A stretch of DNA of 64,000 bases, taken from the NCBI GenBank assembly GCA_946965045.2, contig OX337230.1:3906001-3970000 (forward strand), in the 5' to 3' direction. Every line of letters begins with the position of its first letter. The first letter of the stretch is position 1. This document shows positions 54,187-64,000 of the stretch, piece after piece. The stretch is from Epithemia pelagica. Lineage: Eukaryota > Protista > Bacillariophyta. A program made the translations under genes and the position numbers. The notes beneath the pieces are model-generated. The model made no database searches. It was not told the origin of the DNA and saw only the letters and a list, made by a program, of their open reading frames with translations.

Positions 54187-55478
54187 TTAGGAACTGGCCG
54201 TGACGGCCGGTGTCGACTCGTTCGTTGGAATCTCCACTGGTGACACTGTTGTTGTTGCTGTTGTGGATGATGATGTTGTGGTTGGTTCCGTGTCGGTTGT
54301 CTTGGTCGATCGTTGGTTGGGTTTGCCCTTGGTTCGTCGTTTCGTCGTCCTTCGAGTGTCGGCGGTCGGTTCGTTGTCGTCTTGTTGTTGTTCTACTTCG
54401 ACTACGAGTTGCCGTGCTTGTGCCTGTCGCGCCTCTTGTTCGTGTTCCAATCGCCGCGTCAATTCCAATCGAATCAACTTCATTTCTTCTACCCGTTGAT
54501 TGGCTTCTTGTTGGGTAATAAATTTGCCATGACGATCCATGTAATCCTTAAAGCCCATGACGGACAACAAGACTGTTCAGAGCGCAGTGTAGAAATGTTG
54601 TAGAGACACACGTGTGTGTGTCCGTAGAATGGAATGATGCAAACACAGAGATACAAGAAAGAAAGCGAGAGAACGAAGCGCGCGCACGGCGACGACCGGC
54701 ATCCAATCAGGAGCAAGAAAAAGAAAGACACAAGAAGAAAACAAGCTCAGAACCAAACCAATCAGAAAAAAAAAACACAATTCGTTTGATGGCAAGGTAT
54801 CCAACTCGTTTGTGTGACACGCACACATCCCTCCATGCTACTACGAAACGACGACAAGCGCACAAAACACGTACCGCAAATGGTGGTGAATTGTCCAAAG
54901 ACACGGGTATGCAAGAGTTTGATGGAGAGTTGCAAATGTTCCTTGCCGGACCGACCATACAAGATTAATCCGACACAGGGCACGGCCAAGAGGGCGACGG
55001 TCCGCACCGGATTGGCCGAAATGTAATTGGCCACACGATGATGCAGACTCAAGGTATCACCGGGAACAATATGAACGCCCGATTTGGCAATCGATTCTTG
55101 ATACAAGGAATGCAACTGCATTTCCTTGGTGGTGGCAGGGTCGGTGGTCGTAGAGGCATTGACTTGTGCTTGTTGGTGTTGTTGCTGTTCTTCGGCCCAT
55201 TGAACCGTTTCGGCATGGTGTTGGGATTCGTGAGCAATTTGTTGCATGCGATCATGGACATATTGTTCCGACGTCAAGGCAAAGGCAAACAAGGCCGGCA
55301 TAATGACCATGGCCGTTCGAGATTGCCAATTGGTCCGGAGCCGAAAGGCGGCATTTTGCATCGCCAGATACAAACTTCCGACGGCCGGTACCAAGACCAA
55401 ACCGCCCGCCACCAACCCTTCGGTCATGGCTTCCTGCGATGTGGTTTGATTGCGAGATTGCGGCGTTAACGAAGTCAT
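54187..55478 (-). CDS. HIG1 (Rcf-like) domain mitochondrial membrane protein, 2 exons (intron 54573-54874)
   Basis: HRVANYISANP..KLLHTRVFGQFTTIC|VLLSVMGF matches the HIG1 hairpin motif RVxxQ. Confidence 0.75.
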
Positions 55479-56173
55479 GATGATGATGCTACTACACCGA
55501 CAATGAGAGAGTGTAGGGTGTCGATACACGGAATATAGAGAGGGATGGATGGGTAAAGTTCTTTTTTCGTTGGATCCAAAGGCTACACAATCAGTCTGTT
55601 GTAGGGCCTACTTCTCCCTTTTCCTTTGGGATGATGATGATGATATTGGGCTCTCGCCGATCGCGATCCTCGATTCGATTGGCAGCAGCGTCGTTTGGTC
55701 GATTGTATCTCTCGACCTTTGTCGTCGTCTTGGTGCTCTAGGAGAAACGATAAAGCAGATGACGAAGAAAAATGGACATGTGTTGTGGCGAGATGCGTGG
55801 CCGAACAATCGGAACCTATGGGGGTCGCATTTTTATCGGTCGCCCATTAGACGCCGTAAAAAAGTTTTCTGCTCAGTCCCGCCACGTACATAGGTTACTA
55901 TCTGCGGAATCGTTTGACACCGTCAGTCCGTCCATCCGTGCTCTCAGTAATCAGTCTGCTCGTCTGTCCGCACGAGCGCTATCCGTCCATGTCAATCAAT
56001 CAATATGGCCGTACTTTTGACAACCGCATCCCATTGTATGGTAAGGAATGAATGTGGCAATCGAAACGGAGAATGACCAGAGTCGTCGTCGTCGTTGTTG
56101 TGGATACATGCGGCCACTGTCGTTTCGCTCCGTGGTGTCGAGGAGTGAGAGTGGGAGAGGAACTATCTATATC

Positions 56174-57230
56174 TATGGATTGTATCGAGCGGATTGATGT
56201 CCAGGATTTGGAGGATTTCAAACAAACACAACTCTTGGAGATCAATCCGTTCGATACTATCCATAAAAGAATACCATGGCTCAGGAATGGTCCATGTTTT
56301 GGTGTTGGAAAGCTTGTTTGTTGGTTTGTCGTTGTCGTCTTGTTGCTCTGTGTCGTGTGTCGAGGATTGAGAGTGGAGGAGGAACCAGCCATTCTTGTAT
56401 TGATAGATATGGATTGTGTCGAATGGATGACTGTCCAAGATTTGGCTGATGGCACCAAACATTTCTACATCTTGGACAGTTGTTCGTTCGATACAATCCA
56501 TTGAATCATAAAATGGCGGCGTAGGAATGGTCGATTCTTTGTTGCGACTTGTGGTCGAACGCTTGTGTATCCGTATCGTATATGGAGTGTGGATCGAACG
56601 GATTGATGTCAACGATTGGGAGTGTGCCAACTCTATTGGTTTGGTACAATGGTCGAACTCATTGGCATCAATTCGTTCTATATACCGAGTGTATAGTTTT
56701 TGGTGTTGTGGTCAGGTTCAGGGTATACTGTTGTTTTGATACAGGATCTCCATTGGTACGGCACTCTCCTATGTGGCATGGCATGAATTTGGATGATATG
56801 ACTCCTACATATGATTGATGGGTACGGCATCCCCTTTGGTACATGGAACACGGATTTGGTACTAATAGAGACTGTAAGAAGCATACAATACGGGCCATTC
56901 GGCGGATTCCAAGAGTCGTCGTCGTTGTTGTGGTTGTGGACACTTGCCGCCGCCACGGTCGTTTTGGCTCTGTGGTGTGAGTGAGTGAGTGAGTGAGTGA
57001 GTGAGTGAGTGAGTGAGTGAGTGAGTGAGTGAGTGAGTGAGTGAGTGAGTGAGTGAGTGAGTGAGTGAGTGAGTGAGTGAGTGAGTGAGTGAGTGAGTGA
57101 GTGAGTGAGTGAGTGAGTGGAGGAGGAACTCCTGTCAATCTATGGATTGTATGAAACGGATGAATGTCAAGGATTTGGAGGATTGCGCCAAGTATACATC
57201 GTTGACATTCATTCGTTCCATACAATCCAT
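56174..57230 (+). ncRNA. Second array of pre-miRNA-like hairpins (four)
   Basis: Hairpins at 56174-56265, 56409-56501 (33 bp, five G-U, no mismatch), 56596-56678 and 57142-57230. Confidence 0.55.
56977..57119. repeat. (GTGA)35 microsatellite
   Basis: Perfect tetranucleotide run, counted directly. Confidence 0.98.
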
Positions 57231-58252
57231 TCATATAACTAATAATCATGCGGCGGAATGGTTGATGCTTTGCGACTAGTGATTGGTGGTGGTCAGAGGC
57301 TTGTTGTTTTGGTTAGAGGGCTGTCATGATTGGTGTGGATGGTCTTTCTTGTTGCGGGTGCCATTCCACGAGGGAGACAAGGGGAAAGAGCACCACGGAG
57401 ACCGCAGTGTTGCTGCTTGACAGGTTTTTTTGGAGCACATTCGTCGGTCTCAGGAGGGGGAGGACCACATCATCGAACCTTATGGATGTCACCGATTTGG
57501 AGTTTGCCAAATATCTATTGGTTTGGGACAATTGTTGAACTCATGGGCATCAATCCATTCTGCACCGATAGTATAGTTTTTGGTTTTGTGCTTGAGGATT
57601 ATTCGTTCGAATAGTATAGGCTAGTATGCTGTTTTATAGATATATAGTAGGACCTGTCTATGGGTATACAGCACCCCGATAGTGTGGCATGACAATGGTA
57701 CGTGCGGGGGTGTGATTAGGGTGGATCGCGGCGGTGGCTGTGATTGCGACTTTTTGGATGCGATTTCACGAGAGACTAATCTGCAGTGTGGCGTCACGGG
57801 TGGGCACGCATTCGAAGGCCCTATATCCAAAAAAAGGCCCACAAGAACGATTTGTGGAAGTCAATACTGCGGGGTGCTACGAGAATTTCCATATTGGAAA
57901 CAATGGCATACAAGAGCAGGAGTCAGTTCCGCATGTGAATGGTGGTTGAATCGGCAATCCTTCTACAGTGATTCCGTGCTGAACGTTTTGGCCAAATCCT
58001 TTTCAATATCCGCAAGGGTTCCTTTGGCTGAATATCGACTCCCATTTTTTGCATGATATCGAGCCCCCGATCCATGGCTTTCTGCATGGTTCCACTCCAC
58101 CACCGGTGCATACACACGTTGCCCCCCTGAGCGGATAATTTGCCATTCCCATTCTGTGCCGTGTTTCCCACAGTGCTTCCATAAGAAGAATTCAAATTCG
58201 CTGTGCGAGACAACACACGTCTTCGTCCAATGGCATGCCATCCCACACGATA

Positions 58253-61200
58253 TCAAATCTTTTCCATCACTCCATATTCTTGTTTTAACTGTTCCAGCTT
58301 GAGAACGCAACCCCATTCATGGTACGATCGAAAGGCTTGAATCATGAATGGACGGCCAGTTTCGTGGTCGTTCCTGGAAAGAAAGTATCTTGCCGCCCGT
58401 TCATTTGCAATTGCCAATTCAATCAACATGCCTGCTTTCTCAGCAATAGCCACAGCGATGGTATACTTGGACAGAACAGAGAAATGGTCTCCTTTTACGA
58501 CCGCCAACTCTGCTTCGAGCAAAAACTGAAAAATGGAAAGAACGGACATGAATGTGAGCCGTTCGAGTTATCATGCACCTGTCGGAAAAAAGGAACCAAC
58601 CTGTTTCGCGGCAAAGTTCATGGGGGAATGCTTCGCCCGGTACGATATTTGTGCAAGGCTTGTCTGTGCTTTGGCAATGTACTTGCGACTGAAAAGGGGA
58701 CGGTCAAAGTTGTCAGACTGGGTGACTGACGCTTGATACTCATAAACAGTAAAATGCGAAACTTACTTCTTCTTTGTTTTGCCGGCTTTTGCAAGATTTG
58801 TGAGCGCGTCAAAGAACATGACTCTGATAGGTCCGTTGTGGGTCGATGCGGTGAGTCAACCAGGATTGGCGAGACAAAGACTTTAGACCGAGAAGAAAAC
58901 TTACACCGAAAGATCTCCAGAACCAAACGGATGAGTAATGAGAACCTGACATCCTTCTGCCTCATCATAGGCTCGATCGTAGTCACAGAGAATGTAACAC
59001 AACAGCATTCGATAAAAGTGCGACCAGATTAAAATTGTTGGGTATTTGCAGGTATCAAATTGAGATTCGTCGTGGATATGACCAATGAGCTTTTTGGGAT
59101 CGCCCCGAGCTTTGCCCATGAGGTTGTTCAACAGCTGCCAGAAGGGGAACATGGTCTGCCAAACCAGGATAAGAATTTTGTGTTTTGTGTCACGGTATTT
59201 CTAAAATGGAATTTCATTCTTACCTGAAGGCTGATTTCTGTCCACAGGATAAAAAATGTCGGTGAGATTGTCATTGACTGCTGGTATGTGAATCCATGAA
59301 ATCATGAACTGACCTTGTCCATAAAACTTCATTCGATCCATGAAAGACTCCATCTCGCGATCAAGGGCGGTCACCGATGCGTGGTCAAATTGATTTAACA
59401 ATATCATTTGAGCGCTTACCATTGCAAATTCAATGTCCCCGCACTCAATACCTACATCATAAGCATGCCTTAACGGTGCAATTGTTTCCGAGACTGGTTT
59501 CTTCCATCCATGAACACAGCCATAGAAGATTGCAGACACTCGACAAAACCAAGACTTGGTAGCAGATTTTTCGTACATGACCATAGCCAGCCTCCCATAT
59601 TCTTAAGGAAAATTGGTCAGCAAGAATTCAATGTGAAAAGGCAATCATTTCTCTGCAGGTACTCACGTATCCTTCATCAATCTCATTGCCCATACTAGAG
59701 AGAACCATAGCATATAAAGCAAACCCAACGCAAGAAACCGCACACAAGCCTTGCTCGACTGTGATCTCGACCATTTTGAAGCCAATAAATGGCGCTAATT
59801 CCATTTTGGAAAGAAATGCGTACACAAAAAGTAGGTTCAACATATGCATCGCAGCAATAGTGTCTGCATCTTGCAAGACTGGTAATCGTAGAAGTGAGTC
59901 GGTACTTCGCCCCTTGAGAAGCTTTTGTGTTCTCCTTATACCCTTCGCGATATCACGAAGCTTCACTTTCGCGGGTAGTGTCACTCCGAGACATCCAAGT
60001 ACCTTCAACCCACATTTAATGGCGTCCTCTTTTCGATCACTCCCTCCGAGAACATAAATGTTCGTTGCTTGTGCGGCGATTGTGTCCTTAAAGCCTTTTG
60101 CGTTGGAGAATATTTCATGTACTAACTTGAATGCGGAGTCAAAGTCCCCCGTACCTTTTGAAACGCAAATGTCATTAGAAAAACATACCCCTCCTGCACT
60201 CGCAAACATGCTACAACTTACAATACGCCACTTCGGCTGTGAAATTGTAGATTTTCAGGCACAAATCGTTGTCATCGTGCCATTTCCGAGGGCCCAACAA
60301 ATCAATTCCTTGCATAAGATAAGCAAAGGAAGTACTAAAGCTTGTTTGTCGCATTGCTCTTACACATGCGTGAAGACAAAGGTTGGTCACTGCACTCCGT
60401 TCTCTTCCGTCTTTGATACATGACCTACCGAGAAGGAGTTGGCTGACAATCACATAAATCATATTGTTGTTGAAAACATCACTATCTTCGGGGAAAGACT
60501 TCAAGAGACGTCGACCGAGTTGATAGTGAAAAGCCTCACGCTCACCATCTGGGACGAGGCAGTAGACTACATCCTTGACACAATCGTGAGAAAACTCGAA
60601 GCAACCAATACTGTCGTTTAAGCGTAGAAGTCCTAGATCATGGCATTCTGTCAACAGATTGACAATGGGAGCCTGGGTGAGAGAGCTCAAACAATCTTGG
60701 TCCAACCTGAAACCGAGACAGGCAGCGGCTTTCAATAGTTCTTGAGCTTCTGTGCTGAGTCTGCAAATCCTTCTCGTTACCAGATCTTGAACGTCGTTAA
60801 ACTCGATGCCGATTTCTTCATCGTCCCAACACCATGTATTGTTTGAATGGTCGTACTCGATTAGATTTTCTTCTTGTAGAGTTCGAAGGAACTCCGCCAT
60901 GAAAAACACATTGCCTCTTGTTTGATTGCTGATCAAATGTGCCAATACCCTCGTCTGATCTTTTGGTTTGTTCAGAACCGCTGACATTATTGCGTTCACG
61001 TCCTCCGTAGAAAAGTTGTCCACCGTTAGTTTCGTCAAATCCACTGTTCGACTCATACAGGAGAGATGCTTCTCAATGAGGCTCGTGTCAGAATCATCAC
61101 GCACAGTAAATAGAAACAGTACTCCTCGGTTGGACGGGTTGTTGATAAGTGACCATAACAAGTCAAGAGATGACTCATCAGCCCAATGAATATCATCCAT

Positions 61201-61872
61201 AAACAACACAATCGAGCGATCCGGTGATGAGACGGCCTGTACAAACAAGCGAAACAAGTACTTGAACCGATTGATGGCTTCGCTTCCTTGAGCGGCCTCC
61301 ACAGGATCCTCTCCGTCTTGGCCTAATAGAAATTGTCGGAGCTCGGGTATTACGCGAGTCAATGTATTGCTTTCACCACCAACCGTTTGCAGTATCTTTT
61401 GCTTCAAATCACTCCTTGCTTTTTCGCCTATGTCCGAAACTTGATTGCAAAAACTTCCAAACGCATTGGCAATTGCATCGTGTGGTTTTGTCCCTTGAAA
61501 ATGATCAAACTTGCCGTAGAGAAAGTATCCACCATCCTCCACAACCTGCGGTTGAAGTGAAAACGCAAGAGACGTCTTGCCCGTGCCAGTCAAGCCATGA
61601 ATCATTGCCAATTGCGTGCTCGATGCACTATTTTGTGCTCTCATAGAACCAACGCTTTGATATGCTCGAAGCAAGATGTCCCTCTCGTCGTCCCTACATA
61701 GTAACACATCTCTGGTTGTCAATGGTACATTCGGAGACGCGTCAACTCTTTCTTGTCGTTCTTCTGATGCCCCTGGTGTTGGCAAAGGCTGTTTGCCATC
61801 CATCGATGATGACACTTGTTGTTCCGTAACGGATGACTCCATCTTCACATCGGAGTGGATCCATCCATTCAC
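58253..61872 (-). CDS. STAND/AAA_16-type ATPase (COG3899-like) with helical TPR-like C-terminus, multi-exon
   Basis: Walker A IHGLTGTGKTSLA, Walker B VLFMDDIHWAD and TRGNVFF. Downstream exons run to LANERAARYF-like C-terminal helices. Confidence 0.85.
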
Positions 61873-62256
61873 ATGTCAGAAACCCCTTCAATCAAAAGCA
61901 CTCGTTGCTTTCCTCTTTCACGTGGCTCTCTCTGTTTGGACATCAATGTTTGACACTCTCTCCTACTTCGTCGTTGATCCAGAATTGATTTTTTCTACAA
62001 AGTGAAAAACTATGTGTTCAATAAAGCTACGTTGTCCATAACTTTTGGACTATGGTGGATCAAAATGCTCCTAGAGAGAAGCGTAATGCCACCATGCGAT
62101 AGTCGTTGAGTCGCAGCGATGGTGCGATCTCGCATGCAATTGCTCCAAACATTGAGGCAAAGACTTATCACGTGACGTTTCGACTATGTCACACGGGAGA
62201 TTTATTGGTTGACCAACGCGTGCTAGTACCAACAACTTGGTCCATCATGTCGTTCT

Positions 62257-64000
62257 TCAAAGCCGCTCTCCAAATTGACCAAATTCTTTGGACAGATGTC
62301 GAAGCTTGAGTACACCACCCCATTCCCGATACCATCGAAATGCTTCCTTCATGAAAGGAGTTCCATTCTCTTTATCGCCAACAGAGAGAAAGTATCTCCC
62401 AGCTCGTTCGTTGGCCAGCGCAGTTTGCATGAGCATGCCCGCTTCCCGTGAGAGGGCCACGGCAGTCGTATATTTTTCCAATGTGGATGAGTGATCCCCT
62501 TTTACAACCGCCAACTCTGCTTCCAGCAAGTACTGTGGTATCGCGCAGACTCGTGAGCCACAGCGCCAAATTCAATCCAGCTCTGCATAGTTTAGTGTCA
62601 TATCAACGTACCTTTCTCCCCAGAAAATTAAGAGGGGAGTGTTTGGCCCACTGTGATATCCGTTTAATGTCTTTTTGGGCCTGTGCAATGTGTTCTCGAC
62701 TGTCATGAAAGGATAAGTGGCCTATCGTTCAAATCGTCCACTCACAATTCCCATAACATGAATACTTACTTTGGTTTGGTCGTTGCGGCCAGAGCCAAGT
62801 GTGTCAAAGCCCGAAAAAAGATGACACTATCCAACATGGAAAACAAGGTAACTGTCAAGTGAGCACCTAAAGTGTTCTACGAAAATCACCAACCACAAAG
62901 AGTCCAGCACTTACATGGCTACATCCGAAGCCCCAAATGGATGCGACAAGAGAACATCACATCCTTTGGCTTCCATCAATGCTTGTTGATAATCCCCCAA
63001 CAAAAAGGACAAATTCATTCGATGAAAACTGCTCCAGGCATAGACGGTGGGAAGGCGCGCCATATCGTTGCTTGTTTCATCAAATATATCTCCAATTAGC
63101 TTTAGTGGGTTCCCCCGACCCCTTCCCATGTGATTGTTCAAAAACTGCCAATATGGATACATCATCTGTTATAGGGACATGGTGCATATCAGGACTAGTA
63201 TTAAGTGTCACGTTCTGGCTTTCTTTCAGGTTGACAAATCATTGCGTGGAGTCTTAATTCTACGTACCATGAGAGAAGTTTCTTCGGGACGAGAAAAGAT
63301 AATGAGGTTGACTGGTCAAATACAAGGTTCAACGTCCCTTTGTTTCAATAGTGAAGTACTCGAACGTACCTTGTCCATAAAACTTCATTCGATCTGCAAC
63401 TACCGAAATCTCTTGATCTAGGTCGTTGAGGGGTGTATAATCAAGCTGATTCCAAAACATGAGATTTGCATTGATCATGGCAAATTCAATATCACCTTTG
63501 GATCGATGATAAAAACACACAATCGTCAGAGGAACGAGTGCACAAGCCACAAGACTCTTTCCACTGTTGGAATTCTTCTACGTACCGCACTCCATCCCGA
63601 TTCGATACGCTTGTCGAAGGGGTTCCACCGATTCAAGCACTGGTCGTTTCCATCCATGAACACAGCCATAGAAGGCCGCCGAGACACGGCACAGCCAAGC
63701 CTTGGCGGCTGATTTTTCCAACAAGGTAATCGCAAGTTTCCCATACCGCTAGAATATCGCAATTGTAACACATCAAAGAGGCAGAGGAAGGTAAGACTAA
63801 AGGCACAAAAGGGAAGGAAGCAACAACAACCACAAGGTACTCACATATCCTTCATCAATATCATTTCCAATACCAGACAGAACCATTGCGTACACGCCAA
63901 AACCGACACAGGAAACAGCACAGACTCCCTTGGCCAAGGTAATTTCAATCATTTTGAAGCCAATAAAGGGTGCCAGTTCAATTTTGGAGAGAAAGGCATA
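62257..64000 (-). CDS. 3' part of a tandem paralog of the same ATPase, runs off the right edge
   Basis: Paralogous segments APFIGFKMIEIT..GVCAVSCVGF, GDIEFAMINA, HPFGASDV and TALANERAGRYF. Confidence 0.8.

Larger units (their letters stand above)
52945..56640 (+). repeat. Second copy of the segmental duplication unit that begins at about 44930 (period about 8.0 kb)
   Basis: Spacer, arm, family gene, HIG1 and hairpin array recur in the same order and orientation. Confidence 0.9.

Noticed and set aside
57313-58250. Possible additional gene between the hairpin array and the ATPase
   Set aside because: Only short ORFs with no recognisable motif or consistent splice pattern.
1-64000. tRNA, rRNA or a classical hammerhead ribozyme
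   Set aside because: No cloverleaf, rRNA signature or CUGANGA..GAAA core recognised by eye. A tRNAscan/Infernal run is needed to exclude them.

Overview
Eukaryotic nuclear DNA, most likely a diatom or related stramenopile. This is inferred from short GT-AG introns, a CoDi-like Ty1/copia element, signal peptide plus Phe-start plastid-type leaders, and COG3899-like ATPases. The window is a heavily rearranged accessory region with five parts. (1) 1-12 kb and 44-57 kb hold related copies of a module: HIG1-domain gene, kynurenine-type aminotransferase, and an array of small orphan coiled-coil/TM genes. The orphan genes sit head-to-head on a palindromic cassette whose inverted arms carry the promoter plus a 30-codon mitochondrial-type leader. 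In one cassette this leader is grafted onto a PLD-superfamily nuclease domain with a degenerate HKD motif. The central spacer is flipped between cassettes that share the same left flank. (2) A recently inserted 9.05-kb copia element (15663-24708) has 379-bp LTRs differing at one position, a CCCAT target duplication and non-canonical AG...CT ends. It interrupts an EngB/YihA GTPase gene. (3) 26-35 kb is a mosaic of gene fragments plus a covarying structured motif present in four copies. (4) 35-43 kb holds ordinary genes, including a mitochondrial carrier and a DUF92/VTE6-like gene. (5) Two arrays of pre-miRNA-like long hairpins (48.3-48.8 kb and 56.2-57.2 kb) are followed by tandem STAND/AAA ATPase genes. 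All comparisons were done by eye; no database search or folding program was run.
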